NCBI GenBank assembly: GCA_964016885.1
Contig: OZ024740.1
Span: 250,976,001 to 251,040,000, forward strand
From: Eledone cirrhosa
Taxonomy: Eukaryota
Reading direction: 5' to 3'
DNA length: 64,000 nucleotides
Position 1 is the first letter of the stretch. Each line of letters starts with the position of its first letter. Position numbers and translations under genes: made by a program. This document shows, piece by piece, positions 28,422 through 44,918 of this stretch. Below the pieces are notes generated by a model. The model was not told the origin of the DNA, did no database searches, and saw only the letters and a program-made list of their open reading frames with translations.

Positions 28422-30989
28422 GAGAACTGCTGGGAATCCATCAGGTCCAGCAGCCGAGTCTGTTCTAATTTCATCAATGGCGTACACCACATCCTCCTCC
28501 GTTATGTCTATGTGGTTGATGGTTGCCATTTCTTGATGTAGTGTTGTGGCATCAAAGAACTCCTCTGGCTTCGTTATTTGCATGTGCCTCAGTGGACATG
28601 TGAAGACACTTTTGTACTGTTCGTTCAGTATTTCACATATCTCTTGGGGATTTTCGGTTAATGAACCGTCCGTGTGGAAGAGTGGTCCAATCTTGCAGTG
28701 TACTGAGGCAGTTTCTTTTGCAAATTTAAAGAAGGCCTTAGGGTTTGTTTTAATGTTTTCTATGGCCCTGTTCTCTTTCCTTGCCCTCTCATTCTCATGT
28801 GAAAGCTTGAGTGCAATCTCGGTGTCAAGTAGTGCACGTTTCAAATAGGATTCCTTCTTGTTTTGGTTTTGTTGACTATTCAACTGGTTTGAGAGTTTAG
28901 TTCTACGTCTCATAAGGATTTTCCTATCTCTGGGAATAAGATTTTTGTGTCTGTTTGCCTCTTTCTCCGGGACACACTTTTTGCATATGGTGTGTATCGT
29001 TGTCATGAAGTGTTGAAATTGTGTGTTAGTGTCTTGTGTGGCGATGTTTGCACTCCATGTTTGCTTCCGGATTTCACTCTCAATCTTCTTCCAGTCAGCC
29101 CCGTAGAAGTTAAGGCTGGATAGCGTCCCGGAGCTTCTTGGTGGTTTTGTCTCTGTTGGTTCTCTTGGACCACATATCATTAGCTCTACCAAGTTATGAT
29201 CCGAGAGAATTGTTGGTGTCACCTTTACATTGTGGATGAGCACTTCGTTGTTTGTAAAACAGAGGTCCAGGACATTTTCGCCTCTTGTTGGGAGGAGTAT
29301 TGCTTGCTCCATGAACAGCCTGTGTGTGAGGGCCAGCAGGGATTCCGTCTGTCTCTGTTCTATTGACGTCATTCCAGGGAGGAGGTGGCCCTCAGGCCAT
29401 TTGACCTTTGGTAGGTTGAAGTCTCCCAGCAGTAGGATGTTGAGACCCTGGTCCAGTTTGTCAAGGACCTCTTCTATCCTACTTAGGCTATCCTCAAATT
29501 TACCCTCATGACTGGGGGCATCGGGCGGCCGATATGTGACACATATTACCGTCTGTAGTTGCTTCATATGTATTATCAGTGTGTCACAGACTGAGTTTGA
29601 ATGTGTCAGCAGAACAATTGGTGTGACATCTTCACGGATATACAGAGCAACCCCACCATGAGTTCTCTCCTTCCTGTCCGAACGAAATACAGTATATTTC
29701 GGTATATGTATTTCTGCATCTGCTATACTGCTTGTCAGGTGCGTTTCGGTTAGTGCCATGCATAGTGCTTGATTGCTTATGGCTAAGTCTCCCAGGTAGG
29801 AAATTTTACTCATGTTGCTGAGTTTCACCAGGCCCCTGACATTCAGCAGCAGCACTGGTGTGACTTTTGGGGTGCCAGTAATGGCTGTCGGTATGACACC
29901 TGGTCTGGTGTCAGCGGCGGCCACTCTGGGTCCCTTAACTGCGGTGGTCTCGAGTGCTGGTGTGGATGACCCTGGCTCTGGAGACGATGCAGCCAGGTCA
30001 GCTGTCCCACAATCTTCTCTGCCATCACTAAAAAATTTTTCTGATCTGCTGCTGCCATCTGTATCTCGTCGGCATGTGCGTGCCTTCTCCTTGTTGGTGC
30101 AGCACGCGCGACATCAGCATACTTCTGGAGCGGCTTATTTCGGCTTTGGCTGGGGCATGTTGCGCGAGTATGATGGGCATAGTTCGTTTGAGACCCAGGG
30201 TGGGCGAATCTGCATCCCAGCCCTGTCTCTCCATACCAGCATGTCCCGTTCTTGAAAAACTTGCACATTACTTGGTGTTTTTTGCTCCCAGTGTCTCGGT
30301 GCTTTCTGTTCTTTCTTTGAACAGTTGTCCACTGGTCCCTCTGCGCTTGGTTCTCCTTCGGAAGGTGATTTCGCTTTTCACCTTTGCCCTTAACTTGTTG
30401 GTTGCCCGGCCTGCCCTCCCTGCCTGTAGCGGAGGGTATATCCTTTTCTTTCAGGTCCGTGCTTGTGCTCTCCTCCTTTTCTTTTTCCTTTTCCTTTTCT
30501 TTCTCCTCATCCCTCTCTTTGGTTTTCTCCTCCCTGAGGACACGGCTTAGCATCGCCATATGAGGCGCTATGAGGACATACGCCTTCTCAATTTCTTTTC
30601 TCTTTCTCTCTATCTGTACCAGGGTCCTCATAAACCCATGGCTCTTCAGGTTCTCCGCCATCTTTTTGCTTGGTGGAGACCCATCAGCCATAGTCCACCC
30701 CTTGATCAAAACCGCTAGTTCAATCTTCGACCAGTTTCGCTGACTCCTGATTTCACATTTTTCCCATTTTTCCTGCATGCAGTCCATTTCGCTGTGGAGG
30801 GGAGAAAGAGGGACAGTGGGAGGTGTAGAGTAGAGGTTAGAGAGGGACAGAGTGAGGGAGGGAGATAGAGATATAACTCCAGCGAGAGAAAAAGAGAAAC
30901 AGAAGAAAAGAAAAGAAAAGGGGGAGACAGAAGAGGGGAGCGAGAGAGATAGCGGGAAGAGTGGGGGGGGGGTCAGAGGGAGAGAGAGA

Positions 30990-31023
<34 letters not shown>

Positions 31024-31146
31024 CTCGTTGATCTAGAGAGAGGGAGAAAGAGAGCTCGTTGATCGAGAGAGAGAGAGGGGGAGAGAGAGAGAGAGAGAGG
31101 AAGGAGAGAGATAGAGACAGCGTGAGAGCGTGAGCAACTGCAGTTC
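28422..31146 (-). mobile_element. Two-ORF CR1-group LINE, copy 1 (CT-rich 5'UTR, intact ORF1, ORF2 running into the gap)
   Basis: Near-identical reverse complement of 33199-35564, plus ~360 bp of extra 5'UTR. Confidence 0.9.
29843..30787 (-). CDS. LINE ORF1p, 314 aa: Myb/SANT(trihelix)-like N-terminus, charged linker, CCCH zinc finger
   Basis: [15 protein letters not shown]...[28 protein letters not shown]; C-x7-C-x8-C-x3-H ([22 protein letters not shown]). Confidence 0.75.
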   Translation of the reverse strand: MDCMQEKWEKCEIRSQRNWSKIELAVLIKGWTMADGSPPSKKMAENLKSHGFMRTLVQIERKRKEIEKAYVLIAPHMAMLSRVLREEKTKERDEEKEKEKEKEKEESTSTDLKEKDIPSATGREGRPGNQQVKGKGEKRNHLPKENQAQRDQWTTVQRKNRKHRDTGSKKHQVMCKFFKNGTCWYGETGLGCRFAHPGSQTNYAHHTRATCPSQSRNKPLQKYADVARAAPTRRRHAHADEIQMAAADQKNFLVMAEKIVGQLTWLHRLQSQGHPHQHSRPPQLRDPEWPPLTPDQVSYRQPLLAPQKSHQCCC

Positions 31147-31708
31147 ATAAATATAAAAATAAATTTTTAAATCTAAATTTAAATTAATGAATGGGAGAAA
31201 CCGGAAACAGAGATATAGAAACACGATGTAAATGTCTGTTTACAAATATACGGAGTTATTGTAATATCAGCATATCATACAAGAAACAACGAAATCGGGT
31301 CAAATACAGATAAGATTATACAAAATCAAACAAGATTATATCAAATTAAATTATGTTACTCAGAAATATCAAGATTAATACAAAATTGCTTAAGCTAAAC
31401 CAAAATGCTCTGTATGAAACAAAAATAGAAAGCACGTGTGTGTGTTGTCTCCCATGAATGAATCATACAGTGAAAATAAACATGTTCAAAACGGTAATAT
31501 ATGTAAAATATACTTCAAAATAATTGCGTCAAAGCACAAAAACTTATCTTTTTTGTATGTTTTCCTTGTCCTCTGAAGAATTAAAACCATACATAAATCC
31601 GATTACTGTCGATTTAAAATATTAAAATTTCAAATCCGGAGAGACGACAATCCACGTCTTATACCAACAAGTGCCAAGCCTATATATATTTTTTTTTTTT
31701 TTTTTTTA

Positions 31709-33197
<1,489 letters not shown>

Positions 33198-33950
33198 ATG
33201 GACTGCATGCAGGAAAAAATGGGAAAAATGTGAAATCAGGAGTCAGCGAAACTGGTCGAAGATTGAACTAGCGGTTTTGATCAAGGGGTGGACTATGGCT
33301 GATGGGTCTCCACCAAGCAAAAAGATGGCGGAGAACCTGAAGAGCCATGGGTTTATGAGGACCCTGGTACAGATAGAGAGAAAGAGAAAAGAAATTGAGA
33401 AGGCGTATGTCCTCATAGCGCCTCATATGGCGATGCTAAGCCGTGTCCTCAGGGAGGAGAAAACCAAAGAGAGGGATGAGGAGAAAGAAAAGGAAAAGGA
33501 AAAAGAAAAGGAGGAGAGCACAAGCACGGACCTGAAAGAAAAGGATATACCCTCCGCTACAGGCAGGGAGGGCAGGCCGGGCAACCAACAAGCTAAGGGC
33601 AAAGGTGAAAAGCGAAATCACCTTCCGAAGGAGAACCAAGCGCAGAGGGACCAGTGGACAACTGTTCAAAGAAAGAACAGAAAGCACCGAGACACTGGGA
33701 GCAAAAAACACCAAGTAATGTGCAAGTTTTTCAAGAACGGGACATGCTGGTATGGAGAGACAGGGATGGGATGCAGATTCGCCCACCCTAGGTCTCAAAC
33801 GAACTATGCCCATCATACTCGCGCAACATGCCCCAGCCAAAGCCGAAATAAGCCGCTCCAGAAGTATGCTGATGTCGCGCGTGCTGCACCAACAAGGAGA
33901 AGGCACGCACATGCCGACGAGATACAGATGGCAGCAGCAGATCAGAAAAA

Positions 33951-34019
33951 TTTTTTAGTGATGGCAGAGAAGATTGTGGGACAGCTGACCTGGCTGCATC
34001 GTCTCCAGAGCCAGGGTCA
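33951..34019 (+). promoter_or_regulatory. Candidate -1 ribosomal frameshift signal (T TTT TTA + downstream stem/pseudoknot)
   Basis: Heptamer 33951-33957 is correctly phased in ORF1 (AAT TTT TTA); the -1 frame is ORF2; stem TGACCTGGCT/AGCCAGGGTCA downstream; same in copy 1 (30029-30035, minus). Confidence 0.55.
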
Positions 34020-37000
34020 TCCACACCAGCACTCGAGACCACCGCAGTTAAGGGACCCAGAGTGGCCGCCGCTGACACCAGACCAGGTGTCATACCGACA
34101 GCCATTACTGGCACCCCAAAAGTCACACCAGTGCTGCTGCTGAATGTCAGGGGCCTGGTGAAACTCAGCAACATGAGTAAAATTTCCTACCTGGGAGACT
34201 TAGCCATAAGCAATCAAGCACTATGCATGGCACTAACCGAAACGCACCTGACAAGCAGTATAGCAGATGCAGAAATACATATACCGAAATATACTGTATT
34301 TCGTTCGGACAGGAAGGAGAGAACTCATGGTGGGGTTGCTCTGTATATCCGTGAAGATGTCACAGCAATTGTTCTGCTGACACATTCAAACTCAGTCTGT
34401 GACACACTGATAATACATATGAAGCAACTACAGACGGTAATATGTGTCACATATCGGCCGCCCGATGCCCCCAGTCATGAGGGTAAATTTGAGGATAGCC
34501 TAAGTAGGATAGAAGAGGTCCTTGACAAACTGGACCAGGGTCTCAACATCCTACTGCTGGGAGACTTCAACCTACCAAAGGTCAAATGGCCTGAGGGCCA
34601 CCTCCTCCCTGGAATGACGTCAATAGAACAGAGACAGACGGAATCCCTGCTGGCCCTCACACACAGGCTGTTCATGGAGCAAGCAATACTCCTCCCAACA
34701 AGAGGCGAAAATGTCCTGGACCTCTGTTTTACAAACAACGAAGTGCTCATCCACAATGTAAAGGTGACACCAACAATTCTCTCGGATCATAACTTGGTAG
34801 AGCTAATGATATGTGGTCCAAGAGAACCAACAGAGACAAAACCACCAAGAAGCTCCGGGACGCTATCCAGCCTTAACTTCTACGGGGCTGACTGGAAGAA
34901 GATTAAGAGTGAAATCCGGAAGCAAACATGGAGAGCAAACATCGCCACACAAGACACTAACACACAATTTCAACACTTCATGACAACGATACACACCATA
35001 TGCAAAAAGTGTGTCCCGGAGAAAGAGGCAAACAGACACAAAAATCTTATTCCCAGAGATAGGAAAATCCTTATGAGACGTAGAACTAAACTCTCAAACC
35101 AGTTGAATAGTCAACAAAACCAAAACAAGAAGGAATCCTATTTGAAACGTGCACTACTTGACACCGAGATTGCACTCAAGCTTTCACATGAGAATGAGAG
35201 GGCAAGGAAAGAGAACAGGGCCATAGAAAACATTAAAACAAACCCTAAGGCCTTCTTTAAATTTGCAAAAGAAACTGCCTCAGTACACTGCAAGATTGGA
35301 CCACTCTTCCACACGGACGGTTCATTAACCGAAAATCCCCAAGAGATATGTGAAATACTGAACGAACAGTACAAAAGTGTCTTCACATGTCCACTGAGGC
35401 ACATGCAAATAACGAAGCCAGAGGAGTTCTTTGATGCCACAACACTACATCAAGAAATGGCAACCATCAACCACATAGACATAACGGAGGAGGATGTGGT
35501 GTACGCCATTGATGAAATTAGAACAGACTCGGCTGCTGGACCTGATGGATTCCCAGCAGTTCTCCTAAAAATATGTAAGCGGGCCTTAGCAACTCCACTG
35601 AAGATGCTCTTCAGAAGCTCCTTGGCTAGCGGTGTACTACCCAGGGAGCTGAAAGAAGGCACAATATGCCCTATCCATAAAGGAGGTAGTAGAGCGGAGG
35701 CCAAGAACTATAGGCCAGTCTCCCTGACGTCGCATATCAGTAAGGTCATGGAGCGAGTCGTCAGAAAGAAACTAATCACTTTCCTCGAAGAAAATGACCG
35801 CCTGACTAGCACGCAACATGGCTTCCGCCCAGGAAGAAGCTGCCTTACACAGCTGCTACATCACTACGACTGGGTACTGAGACAGCTACTAGACAGCTCA
35901 CATGTAGACGTGATATATCTTGACTTTGCGAAGGCCTTTGACAAGGTCGACCACGGAATGATATGTCACAAACTACACGGACTCGGCATAACTGGAAAAG
36001 TAGGTGAGTGGCTGCATGGCTTCCTGAGGGACAGAAGCCAGGCAGTCGCAGCAAATGGGGCCCTCTCGGGGGAAACACCGATAACAAGTGGGGTGCCTCA
36101 GGGGACAGTCCTGGGACCACTACTGTTTTTGGTGGCTCTCTCGGACATGCCCTCTGTGGTGCATGCAACAACATCCCTCACTAGCTATGCTGATGACACT
36201 AAGGTAGCACAGGCAATCAAAAACCCGGCTGACGCTGCCCTCTTACAGCAGGATCTGGATGCCATATACAGATGGGCGGAAGAAAACAACATGCAGTTTA
36301 ATGCTGGCAAATTCCAAGCCCTACAATACAAACCTGCAAACACAAACACAAATATAGCGGAACACAGCTACACAGGACCAGGAGGGACCGATATCCCCGT
36401 GTCAAAATCGATACGAGACCTGGGCATAGACATGAGCGATGATGCATCTTTTTCTTCACACATCATGAAGGTGGCGACAGCATGTAGACGATTCGCTGGC
36501 TGGATCTTGAGGACTTTCCTTACAAGAGATCGAGACACCATGTTGACACTGTGGAGGACTTTTGTCCTAAGCCGCCTGGACTACTGCTCCCAGCTGTGGT
36601 CACCCCATAGTGTCAAACTAACCACAGAGCTTGAGGCAATCCAGCGAAGCTACACCAAGAGGATTGCCAAGATGAGGGAGACAAGCTACTGGGAGAGGCT
36701 GAAGGAACTGAACCTCTACTCCTTGGAGCGAAGACGGGAGAGATACGCAGTGATCTACATGTGGAAAATCCTGGAGGGACTAGCACCAAACTTTGGCATT
36801 GGGAGCTGGACCAACCGTCGAACAGGACGTCACTGTGTGGTGCCAAAGGTCCCGTCTTCCACATCTAGAATAAGGAGCAGGTATTGCAATAGCCTGGGAT
36901 TCAAGGGCCCTCAACTCTTCAACAGGCTGCCGAGGCATCTGCGAGACTTGCATGACGTGGAGGTGGATGTCTTTAAGAAACATCTCGACACCTTGTTATC

Positions 37001-37103
37001 CAGGATCCCGGATGAGCCCACAGCAAGACACGAGGGAAACCTAAGGGCAGCAGCAACAAACTCCCTCCTACACCAGTGGCCAACCTATACAGGCTGGAGA
37101 TAA
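33957..37103 (+). CDS. LINE ORF2p (APE endonuclease + reverse transcriptase); frame open from 33873, start mechanism unresolved
   Basis: LNVRGL, LTETHL, YRPP, LGDFN, LDL and SDH (APE); [19 protein letters not shown] and YADD (RT); no stops over >1000 codons. Confidence 0.85.
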   Translation, partial: SDGREDCGTADLAASSPEPGSSTPALETTAVKGPRVAAADTRPGVIPTAITGTPKVTPVLLLNVRGLVKLSNMSKISYLGDLAISNQALCMALTETHLTSSIADAEIHIPKYTVFRSDRKERTHGGVALYIREDVTAIVLLTHSNSVCDTLIIHMKQLQTVICVTYRPPDAPSHEGKFEDSLSRIEEVLDKLDQGLNILLLGDFNLPKVKWPEGHLLPGMTSIEQRQTESLLALTHRLFMEQAILLPTRGENVLDLCFTNNEVLIHNVKVTPTILSDHNLVELMICGPREPTETKPPRSSGTLSSLNFYGADWKKIKSEIRKQTWRANIATQDTNTQFQHFMTTIHTICKKCVPEKEANRHKNLIPRDRKILMRRRTKLSNQLNSQQNQNKKESYLKRALLDTEIALKLSHENERARKENRAIENIKTNPKAFFKFAKETASVHCKIGPLFHTDGSLTENPQEICEILNEQYKSVFTCPLRHMQITKPEEFFDATTLHQEMATINHIDITEEDVVYAIDEIRTDSAAGPDGFPAVLLKICKRALATPLKMLFRSSLASGVLPRELKEGTICPIHKGGSRAEAKNYRPVSLTSHISKVMERVVRKKLITFLEENDRLTSTQHGFRPGRSCLTQLLHHYDWVLRQLLDSSHVDVIYLDFAKAFDKVDHGMICHKLHGLGITGKVGEWLHGFLRDRSQAVAANGALSGETPITSGVPQGTVLGPLLFLVALSDMPSVVHATTSLTSYADDTKVAQAIKNPADAALLQQDLDAIYRWAEENNMQFNAGKFQALQYKPANTNTNIAEHSYTGPGGTDIPVSKSIRDLGIDMSDDASFSSHIMKVATACRRFAGWILRTFLTRDRDTMLTLWRTFVLSRLDYCSQLWSPHSVKLTTELEAIQRSYTKRIAKMRETSYWERLKELNLYSLERRRERYAVIYMWKILEGLAPNFGIGSWTNRRTGRHCVVPKVPSSTSRIRSRYCNSLGFKGPQLFNRLPRHLRDLHDVEVDVFKKHLDTLLSRIPDEPTARHEGNLRAAATNSLLHQWPTYTGWR

Positions 37104-37180
37104 AATGTGTAGCAACAAGGGCGGTGCCCCAGCATGGCCTCAGCCGGATGGCTGAAACAGGTAAAAGAGTAAAAGAGTAA

Positions 37181-39404
<2,224 letters not shown>

Positions 39405-39405
<1 letters not shown>

Positions 39406-40670
39406 TAATTGTTATATTTGGGGAGGGTCATATTTGCGTAATATTGCCAGAATTAATAACAGAACACACTCACTGTTTGGTTGGTTTTCGCTTCTCGCTG
39501 TCTTTTATATATATATATCTGCGATCTAACTTACTCGGTCCTCAATGTTGCCATTGACTGACCGGCGGTCAAAAATAATACAGATACAATATAGACAAAC
39601 ACATATATATATAGTTTACATAATTTACATAAATCTTTCGTTGCACATCTGCAACATCGTCAGTGGTGTTATATTCATTGTTCCTCCTGTTGTGTTGTAT
39701 GTCTACGCCATTTTTTTTGTTCAGTCTGTCTATATATTTATTTATTTATTTGCTTGTTTGTTTATCTTATTTTATTTTGTCTTCTTTGCGCATGCGTTTG
39801 CGTGTGTGTATAGTGTTATGTGTGATGTGTGACTAGTGTGTATAGTGTTGTGTCTGCTGGGTGACTAGTGTGTGTTTATGTGCTTGTGTATGTATTTATT
39901 TATCTTATTTTATTTAATTTAGTTTACTTATTTATTTATACTTCTCTTAGGTCAGTGTTGTTTGTTTGGGTGTTGTTGTTGTTCCACTCATTCTTTCTGT
40001 TTAGCTTTGGTCTTCTAGTTTCTATTTCACTGGCCTCTCTGATTTGCCTATCTGCTGGGTCATTCCTATGTCTAGATATTATTCTAATTTCTATGTTGTC
40101 TATGTTACCGTCATGTTGTTGTCTAGCATGTTCGTATAGTACTGACCCGTTTTTTCGTCCTTTTAGTTCCCCCCAGTGTTGGTCTATCCTTTCACCTATG
40201 CTACGAGCTGTCTCACCTATGTATGTTGTTGTCGTGTTTCTGCAAGTACCCTCTGTACATCTTATGCTATAGACTACGTTTCTAGTTTTACAGTTTATCC
40301 GGGGGTTCACCTTACATATGATACATTTCCTATTGGTACAGTGGGTTTTCTTAAAAGGGTAGGTTTTGCTGATCAGGGATTTTATGGTGGTTCCTGGCTT
40401 TTCTACCACCTTTATTTTTAAGTGGGTCTTTCTCAGGGCCTTTCTACACTGGTTAGCTAATTTCCCTCCAGGGGTGGCGTCCACAAACATGACACTCTGA
40501 TATCTCTGGTTGTCGTACCATGATGTGGCCTTCCCTATCTTATGTCTAGCCCTATCTAAGCTATTCCATGATTTGCTCCTGTATAGTGGGCAAATTCCTT
40601 TCATGTCCAGTTCTATGAGGGTCTTATACTTTTCCATGGCTCCTTCGTATACTCTGACTGTCTCTTTGGT
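39405..40670 (-). mobile_element. Penelope-like 3' fragment (GIY-YIG) with 3' pLTR region
   Basis: [12 protein letters not shown]...[16 protein letters not shown]...RQIREASEI...LNRKNEW; hammerhead-like core at 39636-39663. Confidence 0.85.
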
Positions 40671-41019
40671 TATATATATACATATATATATATACATATA
40701 TATATACACATATATATATATACACATATATATATATACAAATATACATATACATATATACATATACATATATATACATATATATACATATATATACATA
40801 TACATATATATATATACATATACATATATACATATATACATATACATATACATACATATACATATACATATATACATATACATATATACATATATACATA
40901 TACACATATATATATATACATATACACATATATATATATACATATACACATATACATATATACATATACATACATATACACATATATATATACATACATA
41001 CATATACATATACATATAC

Positions 41020-41051
<32 letters not shown>

Positions 41052-41067
41052 ACATATACATATATAC

Positions 41068-41102
<35 letters not shown>

Positions 41103-41133
41103 CATATATACATATATATATATACATATATAC

Positions 41134-41180
<47 letters not shown>

Positions 41181-41181
41181 C

Positions 41182-41212
<31 letters not shown>

Positions 41213-41540
41213 CATATATATATATACATATATATATATACATATATATATATATACATATATATATACATATATATATACATATATATATACATATATA
41301 TATACATATATATATACATATATATATACATATATTATACATATATATATACACATATATATACACATATATATACACATATATATATATACATATATAT
41401 ATACACATATATATATATACATATATATATATACATATATATATATACATATATATATATACATATATATATACATATATATATATACATATATATATAC
41501 ATATATATATATACATATATATATATACATATATATATAC

Positions 41541-41589
<49 letters not shown>

Positions 41590-41654
41590 CATATATATAT
41601 ACATATATATATACATATATATATATACATATATATATACATATATATATGTAC

Positions 41655-41685
<31 letters not shown>

Positions 41686-42180
41686 CATATATATATACAC
41701 ATATATATATACATATATATATACATATATATATATACATACACATATATATATACATATATATATACATATATATATATACATACACATATATATATAC
41801 ACATATATATATATAACATATATATATATACATATACACATATATATATACACATATATATATATACATATACACATATATATATACATATACATATATA
41901 TATATACATATATATATACATATATATATATACATATATATATATACACATATATATATACACATATATATATACACATATATATATACATATATATATA
42001 TACATATATATATATACATATATATATATACATATATATATATATACATATATACATATATATATATACATATATATATATATACATATATACATATATA
42101 TATATACATATATATATATATACATATATATATATACATATATATATATACATATATATATATTACATATATATATATAC

Positions 42181-42260
<80 letters not shown>

Positions 42261-42320
42261 GTATATATACATATACATATATATATATATACATATATAT
42301 ATATACATATATATATATAC

Positions 42321-42385
<65 letters not shown>

Positions 42386-42439
42386 CATATATATATATAT
42401 ACATATATATACATATACATATATATACATATACATATA

Positions 42440-42471
<32 letters not shown>

Positions 42472-42494
42472 CATATATATATATATACATATAT
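40671..42494. repeat. Compound (TA)n/(TACA) microsatellite, ~1.8 kb
   Basis: Direct inspection. Confidence 0.98.
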
Positions 42495-44626
42495 TATTCC
42501 CAGAGATAGGAAAATCCTTATGAGACGTAGAACTAAACTCTCAAACCAGTTGAATAGTCAACAAAACCAAAACAAGAAGGAATCCTATTTGAAACGTGCA
42601 CTACTTGACACCGAGATTGCACTCAAGCTTTCACATGAGAATGAGAGGGCAAGGAAAGAGAACAGGGCCATAGAAAACATTAAAACAAACCCTAAGGCCT
42701 TCTTTAAATTTGCAAAAGAAACTGCCTCAGTACACTGCAAGATTGGACCCACTCTTCCACACGGACGGTTCATTAACCGAAAATCCCCAAGAGATATGTG
42801 AAATACTGAATGAACAGTACAAAAGTGTCTTCACATGTCCACTGAGGCACATGCAAATAACGAAGCCAGAGGAGTTCTTTGATGCCACAACACTACATCA
42901 AGAAATGGCAACCATCAACCACATAGACATAACGGAGGAGGATGTGGTGTACGCCATTGATGAAATTAGAACAGACTCGGCTGCTGGACCTGATGGATTC
43001 CCAGCAGTTCTCCTAAAAATATGTAAGCGGGCCTTAGCAACTCCACTGAAGATGCTCTTCAGAAGCTCCTTGGCTAGCGGTGTACTACCCAGGGAGCTGA
43101 AAGAAGGCACAATATGCCCTATCCATAAAGGAGGTAGTAGAGCGGAGGCCAAGAACTATAGGCCAGTCTCCCTGACGTCGCATATCAGTAAGGTCATGGA
43201 GCGAGTCGTCAGAAAGAAACTAATCACTTTCCTCGAAGAAATGACCGCCTGACTAGCACGCAACATGGCTTCCGCCCAGGAAGAAGCTGCCTTACACAGC
43301 TGCTACATCACTACGACTGGGTACTGAGACAGCTACTAGACAGCTCACATGTAGACGTGATATATCTTGACTTTGCGAAGGCCTTTGACAAGGTCGACCA
43401 CGGAATGATATGTCACAAACTACACGGACTCGGCATAACTGGAAAAGTAGGTGAGTGCTGCATGGCTTCCTGAGGGACAGAAGCCAGGCAGTCGCAGCAA
43501 ATGGGGCTCTCTCGAGGGAAACACCGATAACAAGTGGGGTGCCTCAGGGGACAGTCTGGGACCACTACTGTTTTTGGTGGTTCTCTCGGACATGCCCTCT
43601 GTGGTGCATGCAACAACATCCCTCACTAGCTATGCTGATGACACTAAGGTAGCACAGGCAATCAAAAACCCGGCTGACACTGCCCTCTTACAGCAGGATC
43701 TGGATGCCATATACAGATGGGCGGAAGAAAACAACATGCAGTTTAATGCTGGCAAATTCCAAGCCCTACAATACAAACCTGCAAACACAAACACAAATAT
43801 AGCGGAACACAGCTACACAGGACCAGGAGGGACCGATATCCCCGTGTCAAAATCGATACGAGACCTGGGCATAGACATGAGCGATGATGCATCTTTTTCT
43901 TCACACATCATGAAGGTGGCGCGACAGCATGTAGACGATTCGCTGGCTGGATCTTGAGGACTTTCCTTACAAGAGATCGAGACACCATGTTGACACTGTG
44001 GAGGACTTTTGTCCTAAGCCGCCTGGACTACTGCTCCCAGCTGTGGTCACCCCATAGTGTCAAACTAAACACAGAGCTTGAGGCAATCCAGCGAAGCTAC
44101 ACCAAGAGGATTGCCAAGATGAGGGAGACAAGCTACTGGGAGAGGCTGAAGAACTGAACCTCTACTCCTTGGAGCGAAGACGGGAGAGATACGCAGTGAT
44201 CTACATGTGGAAAATCCTGGAGGGACTAGCACCAAACTTTGGCATTGGGAGCTGGACCAACCGTCGAACAGGACGTCACTGTGTGGTGCCAAAGGTCCCG
44301 TCTTCCACATCTAGAATAAGGAGCAGGTATTGCAATAGCCTGGGATTCAAGGGCCCTCAACTCTTCAACAGGCTGCCGAGGCATCTGCGAGACTTGCATG
44401 ACGTGGAGGTGGATGTCTTTAAGAAACATCTCGACACCTTGTTATCCAGGATCCCGGATGAGCCCACAGCAAGACACGAGGGAAACCTAAGGGCAGCAGC
44501 AACAAACTCCCTCCTACACCAGTGGCCAACCTATACAGGCTGGAGATAAAGTGTGTAGCAGCAAGGGCGGTGCCCCAGCATGGCCTCAGCCGGATGGCTG
44601 AAACAGGTAAAAGAGTAAAAGAGTAA
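42495..44626 (+). mobile_element. Two-ORF CR1-group LINE, copy 3 (5'-truncated, several indels)
   Basis: Near-identical to 35048-37180 with the same tail; flanked by TA arrays. Confidence 0.92.
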
Positions 44627-44761
44627 TATACATATATATATACATATATATATACATATACACATATATATATACACATATATATATATACATATAAACA
44701 TATATATATACATATATATATATACATATACATATATATATATATACACATATATATATAC

Positions 44762-44804
<43 letters not shown>

Positions 44805-44871
44805 TATATACATATATATATATACATATATATATATACATATATATATATACATATATATATACATATAC

Positions 44872-44918
<47 letters not shown>

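Larger units (their letters stand above)
33198..37180 (+). mobile_element. Two-ORF CR1-group LINE, copy 2 (starts at the ORF1 ATG; intact ORF2; (GTAAAAGA)n tail)
   Basis: ORF1 ends at 34143 (one extra A near 33215 breaks its 5' end); ORF2 is APE+RT; 3'UTR GGCGGTGCCCCAGCATGGCC...GTAAAAGAGTAAAAGAGTAA. Confidence 0.92.

Noticed and set aside
31573-31640. CTGAAGA as another hammerhead core
   Set aside because: No stem II or GAAA follows.
34141-34146. TGAATG at the ORF1 stop suggesting SART1-like stop-start coupling
   Set aside because: The ATG at 34144 is in the ORF1 frame, not the ORF2 frame.
42495-44626. Frameshifts in LINE copy 3 as programmed recoding
   Set aside because: Scattered indels relative to the intact copy 2 fit decay or long-read consensus error.
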